Assembly (NCBI RefSeq): GCF_001194135.2
Contig: NC_068982.1
Span: 61,916,725 to 61,973,971 of the forward strand
Length of the DNA stretch: 57,247 nt
From: Octopus bimaculoides
Taxonomy: Eukaryota
Direction: 5' to 3'
A model generated the notes under the pieces. It ran no database searches. It had not been told where the DNA came from and saw only the letters and a program-made list of their open reading frames with translations. Shown piece after piece: positions 37,598-51,036 of this stretch; within the stretch, counting starts at the first letter, position 1, and the number at the start of each line of letters is the position of its first letter. The translations under genes were made by a program, and so were the position numbers.

Positions 37598-37800
37598 TGT
37601 ATGTCTGTATTTGTCCTCCCCACTATCACTTGACAACTGATGTTGGTGTGTTTATATCTCCGTAACTTAGCGTTTCGGCAAAAAAGAGACCAATAGAATA
37701 AGTACTAGGCTTACAAAAAATAAGTCCTGAGGTCAATTTGTTCGACTAAAGGTGGTGCTCCAGCATGGCTGCAATCAAATGACTGAAACAAATAAAAGAA
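37365..37800 (+). mobile_element. SINE family A, full length
   Basis: Matches the consensus; expanded internal (TA)/(TG) array. Confidence 0.9.
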
Positions 37801-37929
37801 TATACTCATGTTTTGAGTTCTGTTTTTCATGTTTGCATCACCAAGCCTACATACACACACACACACACATATATATGCCTGTATGTATACGTATATATTG
37901 TATGTGTATATACATACATACATGCATAC

Positions 37930-40855
37930 CTACATGGTGGCCATCCACTTGTAACTGAAGAAGACCATTGCTGACCTTTAGGAACATTGTGCACTCTAGG
38001 ACTAAGTTATATTTTGCATCTGTGTCTCTGTTGGTGGCTAATGAACTCTGCTCTTGACAGGTATACATGACTGCAAACATTGCAAACCAAGCTTTCCCAT
38101 TCACTATGCTAGAAGTGTGCTTTCGAGCAGCACGCTTAAATTCTTCATGCAGAATACATGCTCTCTCAAAGGTATTAACCCCCTCTTTAACCTGCTTCCT
38201 CCATCTGTAGCAATGACAAGCACTGCTCTCCCAGTCAGTCTCCTGCATATCACAGGCCTTTAATGAGGACTTGACACAGTCCTTAAATTGCAGACTTGGT
38301 TTCTGCTGGGGTCTTTTCCACTAACAAGTTCTCCATATAGTATCTGTTTAGGGATCCTGCTATCCTTCCTTTGAATAACCTGTGCTTGTGTGCCATTGCC
38401 TCAATACTCAAGATATCAGCTTTTCTCAGGACCTGTGTATCTGGAGTTTTTAAGGTCCAGCCAACATTCAGAATGTGTCTCAGACATCTCTGATGAAAGC
38501 ATTCAAGGACCATTACATGACATTTGTAAAGGGTCCATGTCTCTCATGAGTAAAGTAGTGATATCAGTACACATGCACAGTACACAGCAATTTTTGTTTG
38601 CCTGGTGATGCTATGCTGGGACCAGACACAAGACTCAAGCGACCAGAAGGAATCAGTTGCTCTCTGCCACCTGAAAGACATTTCATCATTCAGGGAGCAA
38701 GAACGGCTGAGTGTGCTGCTCAAGTAGACAAACTTGTCTACCACTTTCAGTATTGTTCCTTCAACCAAGATAGCTGGTTCCACATATAGATTTCCTGGTG
38801 CAGGCTGGAATATTGCAACAGTCTTGTCCAAGCTAATGCTGAGTCCAAATGCCTTGCAAGAAGCAGAAATATGATTCATAAGTATTTTCAAGTCATCCAC
38901 TGTATGAGTGACTAAGTCACAGTCATCTGCATAAAGGAGGTCATGAATAAGAGACTGGAAGACTTTTGAATTGGCAGCAAATCGGCACAGATTAAAGAGG
39001 TGGCCAGAAGATCAATACTTGACATATATATTCCCAGAGAGCTAACCTTAGCAAAAGCATGAGTAAAAGCAGCAGCAAAGTACAAAGAAAAAAGAGTTGG
39101 GGCAAGGATGTCACCCTCCTTGACACCATTCTCTACAAGAATGGGTCCTGCCATGCCACTACCACCATTGACTCAAGCCACAATCACATCATGAAATGAT
39201 TTAATTATAGATACAAAGTGATCCAGACATCCAAGTTTGCCAAGTATTTTCCATAGCAAAGCCCTATTCACAGTATCAAAGGCATTGGTTAAATCAATGA
39301 ATACTTGGACAAGATCCATATTCTGCTCATAGCACTTTTCCTGCATCTGTCTTGCACTGAAAATCATATCCATTGTCCCTCTACTAGATCGGAAGCCACA
39401 TTGAGATTCAGATAGGAATCCTTTACAAGACACCCATTCAGATGGGTAAGAAGAATATTTGCCAGAATCTTGTCAGCAGCTGATAGCAGAGCAATATCTC
39501 TGTAGTTACCATACATTATTCTGGCTCCTTTTCCTTTATAGAGAGGAAGAATAATTGCATATTTCCAGTTCTTAGGCATTGCACCATCCTTCCAAATTAC
39601 TCTAAGTTCATGAAGGGGACTGTATGATAGAATCACCACCAAATCGCAAGACCTCAGCACAAATTCTCTCCCTTCCAGGTGCTCCATCAAGATTCAATTT
39701 ACTTATTGCTATCATTACCTTATCTACTGAGGGTGTGGAATTTAAGGAGCCAATGATACGTCTTTGTTACATAATATCAATCACTGTTTCATCCACAACT
39801 GACTCGTGGCTCAGGAGTTCAATCCAGTGACCTGTGATTTCTGTTGATTTAGTAAGACTTCTTGGAAAGCAAAGGAGCTGATGCAGAGCTCTTAGGCTCA
39901 TAAAATTCCTTCATAAGATGATAAAGCTTCTTGCTGTCATTTGCATCAGCAGTAGCCTGAACATCACGAGTAAGATCCTCCCACCAAGTGATCTGCATCT
40001 TCCTGAGACTTTACACTACCATAGTGGGCAAGTGCTAGATTTCACTGCAGAGCTGAAAGTCCTCTATGCAGCAATACATTGTGGGCATAGCACTTTACAA
40101 CTAATAGTTGCTGAACTTCAGCATCATTTTCATCAAACCAATCTTTCTGTCTGGCAGTAGCATATCCCATTGTTTCAGTGCATTGAAGAACTTGGTCTTG
40201 AAAATCTTCCCATACTGTAGTATTTTCAATGCTGGACAAGCAAGTCTGAAGCTCTTTCCTCAACACAGTATCATATATCTTGTGGACATTCAGACGTCTC
40301 TCACTTTAATCATCATCTACAAATTTGCTTGCACCAAACTGTGACCTGTTCAGCTTTCCGATCCATGAAAGGACTTGACAATACAAATGTCATAGATGTC
40401 ATGCTTGCAGATAATGACAATCCAGCAAGTGTCAAACTTTAGACCTTGGATGCATCCAAGTTGTTGTGTGATCACCTTTGTGCATAAAATGAGTGCTTGC
40501 GATGTAAAGTTTATGTTCATCACAAAGCTGCAGCAGTATGAAACCATTGTTATTCATTTTCTCTACACCAAAACGTCCTAGACACTTCCATGTTTTCCAA
40601 CCTGATCCAACCCCGGCATTGAAATCCCCCAGTAGAATGACTTTATCAGAATTGAGGATTTTCCTAAGTATGGTTCTCAGCTGGGTATGCAACTAGTCAA
40701 AGTAGGTGCATAGGCACTTATTAGAGTAGCAAACCACCCACCTTTCAGGTGCAACCATAGAGTCATTAGCTGTTCATTTATAGGAACAGGAAGCTCCTCC
40801 TACTTCTTAAGGATATCAAATCAAACTGAAAAGCCAACACCAGCCTCTCTGCAAA
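37930..40855 (-). mobile_element. RTE-clade (BovB-like) LINE, 5'-truncated and decayed
   Basis: APE motifs ISAYAPT, ILLGDFNA and TWMHPRSK. RT motifs SQCGFR, FIDLTNAFDTVNR, GVKEGDILAPTLF and LYADD. C-terminal C..C...H...H remnant; microsatellite tail. Confidence 0.92.
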
Positions 40856-40884
40856 AAAAAAAAAAAAAAGGTGTATCCACCTCC

Positions 40885-41124
40885 TACTTCCTCAGTGAAA
40901 GAAGGAATTCAAAAATCAAACCGATGCTGAAAGTGCATTCAAAGAATTCATCATCTCGAGAAGTCCAAATTTTTATGTTAATGGAATAAACAAACTTGTA
41001 ACTCATTGGCAAAAATGTGTTGATTGTAATGGTACTTACTTTGTTGAATAAAATTTCCACATTGTTGAAATATATTGTGATGAATTTCATGTTTCAAAAT
41101 GTTGCTTACTTTTTACTCAGCTGA
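40885..41124 (+). mobile_element. mariner 3' fragment (Hsmar1-like C-terminus)
   Basis: DAESAFKEFIISRSPNFYVNGINKLVTHWQKCVDCNGTYFVE*, followed by a degenerate TIR and TA. Confidence 0.85.
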
Positions 41125-41139
41125 TAAAACACACACACA

Positions 41140-41384
41140 CACACATATCTTGTTTGGTGAGGTTGCTGAAAAACTTTTGCATGGCCATTTTTGGTGATCA
41201 TCTTGCATCTTCCCCTCTCATTCAGACCCCCAACTACAAAATATAATGATTAGGTATGGAAATGACTCCGACAGGGCCAATTTTTCATCTGTAAAAAACG
41301 CAATGCGAAACACCCACTTATAAGTTGGCAATTAGCAGAAATTTATAATAGTTTAAAGTGGCCAAAGACTTTTGCATGGTATTG
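41140..41384. mobile_element. Probable Tc1-type terminal repeat (IR/DR-like)
   Basis: Ends GGCCAAAGACTTTTGCATGGTATTG|TA; ACTTTTGCATGG is repeated directly near 41153. Confidence 0.45.
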
Positions 41385-41807
41385 TATATAAAGACACATA
41401 TGAACCGAAGCAGCATAAATCTTAGTTCCTTTATGTGAGATATCTAATCACTGAGAAGGTATATTGACACCATGTAACTGCTAATATTGGTAGTATGGAT
41501 GATGAGAAATTGCTTTGTTGTTGTTGAGCAGTAGATCTTTGATTGAAGATATTCCAGCCGTACCCACTTCATCTTTTATTGAAGCATAGTGCATATAGGA
41601 CTATATTATTCGATTCTGTCCTTTTAATTCTCAAGATGGTAAAGAAATGCAATTTATCAAGATTTGTCCATTACTAGCAATTTGAGTGCCCACGGAGAAT
41701 CTCACTCATTGTTGATTTAATTGCGGAACATAATCTGGCTATTTACATCTGACTGAAGTCAACTTTGCCTTTCTTTCTTTCTTGGGATTAATAAAATAAA
41801 GTAGAGG

Positions 41808-42103
41808 AGCCTTGGGCAAGTGTCTTCTACTATAGCCTCGGGCTGACCAAAGCCTTGTGAGTGGATTTGGCTGACAAAAACTAAAATAAGCCTGTTGTAT
41901 ATATATGTGTGTGTGTATGTGTGTCTTTATGTCTGTGTTTGTCCTTCACCACAGCTTGACAACTGGTGTTGGTTTGTTTACATCCCTAGTTTGTCAAAAG
42001 AGAAAGATAGAATAAATACTGGGGTTGCTTAGTTTGACTAAAATTCTTCAAGATAGTGCCCCAGCATGGCCTCCGGCTAATGACTGAAACAAAGTAAAAG
42101 ATA
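41808..42103 (+). mobile_element. SINE family A, 5'-truncated
   Basis: Starts at CCTTGGGCAAGTGTCTTCTAC. Confidence 0.85.
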
Positions 42104-42427
42104 AAGCCTCATGGCTTAGTGGTCAAAGTATTTGGCTAATGATCATAAGGCTGTGAGTTTGATTCCTGGTGATGCGCTGTGTCCTTGAACAAGACACTTT
42201 ATTTCTCATTGCTCCAGTTCACTCAACTGGCAAATATTGGTTAGACATGTAATTCAAAGAGCCAACCTTGTCACACTCTGTGTTATGTTGAATCTCTTTG
42301 AGGAGTACATTAAGGGTACATGTGTCTGTGAAGTGCTCAGCCGCTTGCATGTTAATTTCATGAGCTGGCTGTTCAGTTGATCAGATCTACTGGAACACTC
42401 TTCATCATAATTGACAGAGAGCCAGGC
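42104..42427 (+). mobile_element. SINE, head type 2 plus tail B
   Basis: A box TGGCTTAGTGG, B-box-like GTTTGATTCC, tail B. Abuts the family A copy head-to-tail. Confidence 0.85.
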
Positions 42428-42857
42428 TAAAGTAAAGTATTAGTCAAGTACCAAGGTACTTCACAGCCATTTTATCGTATTGACTAAATAAGAAGCAGTC
42501 ATTAGTAATTATAATAGTGTTAGTACTAGTGGTAGTGACTCTGGTACCAATAAGTAAACAATTAAAATATCAAAAATCTAATTAATTAGAGAGGACAGAC
42601 CTGAAGCTGACCTGAAGTAGAGAGAGGGCACATCATGAAAGAGGGTACAAATGGTGATGGAAAGACTTTGACAAACATAACTGATTGAATGATTGACTGA
42701 ATGATTAATCAAGCAATCAATTAGTTAATTGGTCAAATATATAACCAATTAATGAATAACAAAGAAGTGAAATAGAATCAGTGTGTGTTTTTATTATTGG
42801 CATAATCACTCTCACTCCTTCAATGATACAATGAAATTTAATCATAATATAGATATC

Positions 42858-43275
42858 TTTTATCCTTTATCTTTTACTTGTTTCAGTCATTTGACTATGG
42901 CCATGCTGGGGTACTGCCTTGAAGAATTTTAGTCAAACAAATCGACCCCAGGACGTTTTTTAAAGCCTAGTACTTATTTCTATTGGTATCTTTTGCCAAA
43001 CTGCTAAGTTATGGGGATATGAACGCACCAACACCAGTTGCCAAGTGGTGGTGGGGGACAAACAGAGACATAAAGATACACACATAGATATATAATATAT
43101 TACATATGTATATACAATGGGCTTCTTTCAATTTCTGTCTACCAAATCCACTCATGAGGCTTTGGTCGGCCCAGGGCTGTAGTAGGGTTAGGGTTAAAAA
43201 TGCCAGACAGTGGGACTGAACCCAGAACCATGTGATTGGGAAGCAAGCTTCTTATCACACAGCCAGGCCTGTGCT
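42858..43275 (-). mobile_element. SINE family A, full length
   Basis: Complement of the consensus. Confidence 0.9.
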
Positions 43276-43741
43276 TATAACAAAGTTTTTGACCATTTAC
43301 CTTTAAGGAAAGAAATATAGAAATAAATGGAAATGTAAAAATAAGCAGAATGATGCAATTATGTTTTTGCATGTGTTTATGTGTATAAAGTTAAAAAAAG
43401 ACAGAAAGAAAAGGAAGAGGACAAATATGATGAAGTGATTGTTGCAGCCTGTGATGTTCCACTTGATTTCCTGCCTCCACAGGACAATATTACTGTGACT
43501 AAATCAGTCAGTTTAGACACAAGCAATAACTTGGCTTATCTGTAATATTCAAAAGTGATAAAATCTGTATTAAGCTTGTAAGTGTTCATAAATAACGAAC
43601 CTTTTACTTTTGAAAATTAGAAAAAGACAAACCACTTCATAAAGTATGTGGAAAGAGCTTATTGTCCGTAGACCAGGCAAAATGAATTAATTATAGGTAC
43701 AAACCCAAAACATGGCACATCGGTGTTAGATCAACTACACT

Positions 43742-43906
43742 CAGGGTCATCTTAAGGCATGAACACACTGAACAGTTGCCCAAGGGCCTCGTGTGTTTAG
43801 GGGCACAATTCTGATCTACATGTGTTATGGATTGCTGCCAATAAATACTATAGAGCCTAGTGCACTGATTTGCCTGGGGGTCCATAATGCTGTTAAGATG
43901 GCCCTG
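43742..43906. mobile_element. hAT-type MITE, 165 bp
   Basis: TIRs CAGGGTCATCTTAA / TTAAGATGGCCCTG; degenerate 8-bp TSD ACTACACT / ACAATACT. Confidence 0.75.
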
Positions 43907-44699
43907 ACAATACTGATAATGGAAAGCTGAGAATATTTGACAATTATTATCAAAGCTCCGTTGCTTATTGCACCCCAATTCCACAAGAAAGAAAAAAAAA
44001 AAAACTGCACAAAGTTATTCAGAAGGCCACAGAGACTTACACAAAGTTTCTGATATTAACCATGTTAACGTTTTGGAACTCCTATATCTTCAGTCCTTAG
44101 CTAAGCAAAAATCAGAAAATATCAAAGGACCACATTTATTGTCCAAAACAAAATTTATGATACCCTGGTTGAAGTTGGTTTATGTATCATAGCAAATGAT
44201 GTGAAAAGGCGTTCAGGATATTCCAGTGTCATCGTTGGAACATCAGACATCAACAAAGTTGTATAAGTAACAATATGATGTGTATTCACCACTGAAAGAG
44301 AAATAATACTAGAGTATGTTGAATTTTATGAAACATTTTCTACTAAGGAAGTGTTCTCTATGAGTTAGTCAAAAATATACTTGGGTAGCTGGAGATGATA
44401 TATTGTAAAATTGTTGGAGGGCGTTTTGATTATATAATGAATATAGTGTTCACAGTAGTTTGGCAGCAACAATGTATGTTCTTTTCATCTGTTATAATCT
44501 AATCTTCATACACAAGCAGTGGCATGCAAAGGTTTGGTGATGCTTGAGGCTTACTCCTTAACTGTATGCTCTCAAGACTCAAGTATAGGTCCTAGTACTG
44601 AGAAATGTGAGAAAGGAAGATGTCTTAAATATGTAAAAGCAAAATAAATAAACTTTTTATTCAAATTAGATATAAATTAGCGATGTTAGTTAAGTTTGG

Positions 44700-47210
44700 T
44701 GCCCATGTCCCCAAATGAGATCTGACAGAAAACACTTGAACTACTTTTTTCTCACATTATCTGAGAGAAATTCTTTTTCAATATTGATTAAAGCCAAGTT
44801 AGTATGTTTTTATTAATATTAACTTTGAAAATGACTTTTCACAACCTGCAATTGAAAATGTGATCAGAAGCAGTAATTTGTATGTGATTCATGTTGCAGG
44901 AAAGACATCCCTTCCAAACTGTCGTAAAGATTCCGGAGAATATTTAAGATCAGAGGAAACTGTATTCCCTCCAGCCCAAAAGAATATCACAAAGTCAATA
45001 ATTCCATCATATGACTGAATGGCTGTCACACCATTATCATAATATTTTGTGAAATCTGAACAATTTTAAAATTATTAATCCTTGTCTTCCTTGCTCAACC
45101 TTAATTACAAATTGAATTTAAATTCAGAAGAAATGAAACTCAATCTCCAAGGTCTCCAAGGTGAATGCTGTGGTCTTCCATTTCAGATATTAATTGGTTC
45201 GCTATGTCTCCCATTACTCTATTCATTTTTCACGATATTCATTGACTGAATGTATTGCATTGTGGATAATTTTGCAATTTTTCAAATTCAAGATTTGATT
45301 AAAAACTTTTAGATCACAAGAAGCTTCATGGGAACACTAATTTTGGATCCTGCAAACGTTTTAAAACTTGATGATAAAACTGGGTGCCAAAAAGATAACA
45401 AAGATATGAGATCTGTTGACTAGAGGAGTAATCCTGCATCAGATTTGATATCCCTGGAAACTTCTCCTTCCTGTAAGTGTTCAAGGCTTGTAATAATGTT
45501 TTGCATACTGCATAGATTACTTGCAAAATATCATGATAGGGACTCTATCTTGCATCACATTGTCTTTTCATGATCTGAGAGATAACAAATTTTAACACTT
45601 TCTAATGAGAAATAATTGAAGAAAAACAAATAAGCAATTTTTCCAAAACTAAAATATATATATAACAACACATTGCACCACACTTCCATTGATGCAGGAT
45701 AAACTGAAGCTGTGATTCTTGTAATTCACAAATACAACTTTTTTGACTAACTTCAAGAATTATTTGCTAGACACCTCCCCTCACTCAGTCATAACTACTA
45801 TAACATTTTCTTGGCTGCAACAGTCTTTAATGGAAATTTTGTCTTCCAATTATTCCAGAATTTTATTTACCAAGCTGACTATATCTTTCTTGTTGAATTG
45901 AACAAAAAAATCCTAGAAATGCCTACTTTATTTCTTCTTTTCTGTTTACATCAAAATGTATGTAAGGTACAATTTCAGAAACCTGATCTTCATGGGTAAT
46001 ATCTAGAGTTGAATCCAGCATAATTCTCAAATATTTTGCATCTTTGATTTGGAAGTTAGTTTTTCTTGAAAGTTTCACTAAGGAGATCCTCTATTTCATT
46101 TTGATTCCTCTCAGACAAGTAGGTAACGCTTTTTGGATTCTCTTTCCTTCACTCTAAGTGCATGTCCAGTAAGCTCACCATCATCAATTCACCTGTTTTT
46201 CTTTCTTTTGTCAATAAAATAGTTTTTATCTATTAATGGTGAGATAGTATGGATATATTTTCTTGGTAAATTTTCCTCACTATGAACTTTCCTCGTGGTG
46301 AACTTTCTTCACAGTGAACTTTCTTCAAGGTAAACTTTCCCTGCGGTGAATTGATGGCAGTGAACTTACCTGTAATCCTCAAAGTGTTCTACTGAAATTT
46401 CATCATACTTAGCCAAAAGTTTGAACATTGTTAAAATGTTTCTTAATTTTCACTGATTGTCTGCTCTGGCTCTAATAAACTAGGTATTCCTTTTCCTCAA
46501 TGCCCATGAATGGCCAGATTCTGTTTTGCCAGAAATTATACAATCTTGACAATCTGTTCAGTTATGGCTTTCCATTTTTCTTTTTCAGTAGAAATTTGCT
46601 GCCAAAATACAGCATCTATTGTAATTGAACATTAGAGTCTAACTATAAGGTCCAAGTATTTCCCTCATGTAAGCTCTTGTGAAGGGTTTGTCTCATGAAT
46701 TGATGTTGAAGATCACTGCTTCTGTGAAAACAAAGGAAACAAAACAGTAGCATGTTTCCCAGTATGGAGAGTTTAACAGCCATTTCCTCTCCACAATTTC
46801 TCCATTTGCAGAAACTTTCTTAAACCATTGTTTGGAACAGGATTTCCCATCCTTCTCAGTAAACTGATCCCTTTTATTTTGATATCTTCCTGGACCATGT
46901 ACTATTGTCACCTTCAAGTTATTTGGGATTGGTTTCTTCAAAATGCTTTCTTTGCAAAAAATGTGCTAAAACCTTCTTTATTGTCTTCACTTGAATCACC
47001 ATTCTTACCAGGAGATTGAGGGGAAGCAATATTATGTTCTGATTCCACATCAGAAGAATCTGTCACTGCTTCTACATTATATTTTACTTCCCCTACACTT
47101 TCCCTACTTCCTCTTTACTTCATTTTATCCAGGTATCTGATGCTCCTCTGCTTGGATTGTTTGTTTCTGGCTCTTTTATTTTTTGCTTTGTACTCCACTT
47201 AGTTGCATGT
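44700..47210 (-). mobile_element. hAT transposase remnant (Tip100-like)
   Basis: TTF-type zinc-finger text KWLLNSPYWETCYCF at 46693-46941. hATC dimerisation text DVFPAT...IAGCEKSFSKLILIKTY at about 44780-44920. Many stops. Confidence 0.8.
46265..46370. repeat. 16-bp tandem repeat GGTGAACTTTCCTCAC, 5 copies plus 2 degenerate
   Basis: Units in register from 46265. Confidence 0.85.
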
Positions 47211-47349
47211 TCTTTATCTGGAGATATCAACAAAATGAATTATTTGATAATTTGGACAAACAACAATTTGGACAGTAGATATCTTAAACACTAAAAAGAT
47301 ATGAAGAAACCACAAGCATAACCTCTAATATTAGCACATTATAAAGTGA

Positions 47350-47560
47350 CAAACTGGCAGAATTGTTACCCTGAATGGACAAAATGCTCAGCAGCATTTT
47401 ATCTGTCTTTATGTTCTGAGTTCAAATGCCGCCAAGGTTGACTTTGCCTTTCATCCTTTCAGGGTTGAGAGAATAAGTACGAGTTGAGTATTGCGGTCGA
47501 TGTAATCAACTTACTTCCTCCCCTAATCTTGTTGGCATTGTGCCAAAATTTGAAAGCAAT
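47350..47560 (+). mobile_element. Nin/Deu-like SINE
   Basis: CTGGCAGAATTGTT...TTCTGAGTTCAAAT...GACTTTGCCTTTCATCCTTTCAGGG. Confidence 0.85.
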
Positions 47561-47869
47561 ATTAGCACATTATTTATATGTTACATATTATGTACAAACC
47601 TTTGTATACACACATTTCATGAGTTCTCCAGCACTATTCAACTATTAGAGTTACTAATTCAAAGACTGCTAACGCATATCTACCTCTTATTTCATTCTGG
47701 ATAACAACATTATTGTGGAAATGGAATTACAATTTAATGGTAATAACCAAGAAATACTTTGTATATTTGGTTATATTAAAATGTGTCTGATGCCTCAGGT
47801 GAACACAATGAGACTTATGGTATCACTTAATACATCGACCTTGATTACTTAATGGCAGCAAAGGCAACC

Positions 47870-48100
47870 TACACAAAGTTTGTCACAAAGATATATGCAT
47901 CAGCCAAATTTATAGGTATTGGTAGCTGGTGTTGTTGAAACTGTTTATAGCAATGACCTTCATGGCATATTGCCAGTCTTGAACAAAAACCACTGGCATC
48001 TTGGTAACCATTTCTGCTACATTGTGTTCTGCAGAGTGCTTTTGCAGTGGTTTCAGATGAATGAAGATATTTCTGAGGAGCAGAATGGGTCAAACACAAC
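47870..48100 (-). mobile_element. Possible piggyBac C-terminal Cys-rich remnant
   Basis: LCRTQCSRNGYQDASGFCSRLAICHEGHCYKQF resembles the PGBD CRD spacing; no catalytic domain or TIR found. Confidence 0.3.
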
Positions 48101-48816
48101 TAAACCATCTAGTAGTTCTAAATATTGAGTGAGAGTATGCTAACATGTCTGTTTGTAAAAATGTTGACCAAATAATTGATGTTTTTGCTATAAAGAAAGG
48201 CAGTAAACAAAAATTTATTTTAAGTTGCATGTTGTGTGATTTGTGGAGCATCAAAAGATAAAAAGATTTTTTATTAGAAATTGGTATTTGTGTTTTTTTT
48301 TTATCTGTGTAAAACTTTGGACAAGTCAACCTCTCAACCGCCCAAACCAAAGAACCCCATCCACCCATGTTTATATGCATATATGTGTGTGTGTATGCAT
48401 GTGTCTGTGTGTTTGTGTGTGTGTGTGTGTGTTAGTAGTCTTTTATTCTTCTGCCATTGTATTGGATTGTGGCTATGCTGGGACACCATCTTCAAAAGGT
48501 TTTGGTTAATCACATCAACCTTACTACTTGTTTTCGTCTGCCACTTATTTTATCGATCTATATTGGATCAAATCACTAAGTTATGGTTTTTGACGCAACA
48601 CTATTTAAATTCTTTTTTTTTTCTTTATAGTGGTAAACTTAAACATAAACACAAATACAAATGCAGATGGGCACACATGTTCATGAATACATACACACAC
48701 ACAAACATACATGCACATATATACATATAAACGCATACATGAATACATAATATCATTTATAAACATACATACATATATATATATGTATGTGTATACAGAC
48801 ACAGACACATTTGTAG

Positions 48817-48860
<44 letters not shown>

Positions 48861-49780
48861 NNNNNNNNNNNNNNNNNNNNNNNNNNNNNNNNNNNNNNNN
48901 NNNNNNNNNNNNNNNNNNNNNNNNNNNNNNNNNNNNNNNNNNNNNNNNNNNNNNNNNNNNNNNNNNNNNNNNNNNNNNNNNNNNNNNNNNNNNNNNNNNN
49001 NNNNNNNNNNNNNNNNNNNNNNNNNNNNNNNNNNNNNNNNNNNNNNNNNNNNNNNNNNNNNNNNNNNNNNNNNNNNNNNNNNNNNNNNNNNNNNNNNNNN
49101 NNNNNNNNNNNNNNNNNNNNNNNNNNNNNNNNNNNNNNNNNNNNNNNNNNNNNNNNNNNNNNNNNNNNNNNNNNNNNNNNNNNNNNNNNNNNNNNNNNNN
49201 NNNNNNNNNNNNNNNNNNNNNNNNNNNNNNNNNNNNNNNNNNNNNNNNNNNNNNNNNNNNNNNNNNNNNNNNNNNNNNNNNNNNNNNNNNNNNNNNNNNN
49301 NNNNNNNNNNNNNNNNNNNNNNNNNNNNNNNNNNNNNNNNNNNNNNNNNNNNNNNNNNNNNNNNNNNNNNNNNNNNNNNNNNNNNNNNNNNNNNNNNNNN
49401 NNNNNNNNNNNNNNNNNNNNNNNNNNNNNNNNNNNNNNNNNNNNNNNNNNNNNNNNNNNNNNNNNNNNNNNNNNNNNNNNNNNNNNNNNNNNNNNNNNNN
49501 NNNNNNNNNNNNNNNNNNNNNNNNNNNNNNNNNNNNNNNNNNNNNNNNNNNNNNNNNNNNNNNNNNNNNNNNNNNNNNNNNNNNNNNNNNNNNNNNNNNN
49601 NNNNNNNNNNNNNNNNNNNNNNNNNNNNNNNNNNNNNNNNNNNNNNNNNNNNNNNNNNNNNNNNNNNNNNNNNNNNNNNNNNNNNNNNNNNNNNNNNNNN
49701 NNNNNNNNNNNNNNNNNNNNNNNNNNNNNNNNNNNNNNNNNNNNNNNNNNNNNNNNNNNNNNNNNNNNNNNNNNNNNNNN
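48861..49780. other. Assembly gap (largest of eight)
   Basis: Other N-runs: 4258-4648, 10479-10497, 11393-11402, 17515-17768, 31977-32256, 35860-35923 and 37007-37175. Confidence 1.
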
Positions 49781-49813
<33 letters not shown>

Positions 49814-50074
49814 CTATATATCTGTATCTATCTCCCTATCAATGTGTATGTGTGTGTGTGCGTGCCTGCATGTGCACTCGCGTGTGTGTATGTCTTTGCC
49901 TTTGTGTTTGTCCTCCCACATCTTGATGACCATTGTTAGATTGTCTACATCTCAGTAACTTAGCAGTTTGGCAAAAAGAGAGCAACAGAATAAGTACCAG
50001 ATCCAAATAAACCCTGAGGCTGATTTGTTTGATTAAACCTTTCAATGTAGAGCTCTAGTGAAACAATGAAAACG

Positions 50075-50122
50075 TTACAGAGTAAAAAATCACACATAAA
50101 TGTATGTATGTATGTATGTATT

Positions 50123-50201
<79 letters not shown>

Positions 50202-50330
50202 TTTATATATACATATATATATGTATATATTTATATATATATATATACATATATGTATGTGTGTGCATATATATATATATATCCATACATATCTTTATAT
50301 ATATGTATAATATGTATGCTATATATGAGA
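50075..50330. repeat. (TA)n/(TATG)n microsatellite
   Basis: Directly visible. Confidence 0.95.
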
Positions 50331-50529
50331 AACTGAAAACTTCACTAATTTTTATACTGAATTTCATGCTTCAGGAATTCATTTATGAAACTCTGTATCA
50401 GTTAGTCAGGCTTTCAGAGCCCAACGTGTGCGTGCGTGCGTGTGTGCGTGCAGGAGGGGTTATAATCCAAGTTGTGTCTTGTAAGCACATCTCCACATTT
50501 CAATAATAAAAAAGTATGTACATTGATGT

Positions 50530-50706
50530 TTCACGCATTGATGTGAGTGGTGGTGTCATATGAAAAGCACTGCTAATGGTGTCATTCAAAAACCAGCCAA
50601 AACAAACAAACTATGGAACCTGGTGTGGTCCCTGGCCTTGCCAACTCCTGTCAAGCCATCCAACCCATGCCAGCAAGGAAAATGGACGTTAAATGATGAT
50701 GATGAT
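50530..50706 (+). mobile_element. Family D retroposon 3' end
   Basis: CCATCCAACCCATGCCAGCAAGGAAAATGGACGTTAAAT(GAT)n. Confidence 0.7.
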
Positions 50707-50744
50707 ACAAATTTAATATTTTGGTAACTTTTTATTTGCAGAAG

Positions 50745-51036
50745 TAACTGGCACTCTGTCAGTTACAATGACAAAGGTTCCAGCTGATCCGATCAACAGA
50801 ACTGCCTGCTTATGAAATTAATGTGCATGTGGCTTAGCACTCCACAGACACATGTACTTTTAACATAGCCCTCAAGGAGATTCAATGTAACAAGGCTGGC
50901 CCTTTGAAATATAGGTACAGCTCATTTTTGCCAGCTGAGTGGACTGGAGCAACGTGAAATAAAATGTCTTGTTTAGGGACACAATGCATCACTAGAAATT
51001 GAGCCAAATATCATAACCACTAAGCCATGAGCCTTC
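50745..51036 (-). mobile_element. SINE, head type 2 plus tail B
   Basis: Complement of the 42104-42427 type. Confidence 0.85.
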
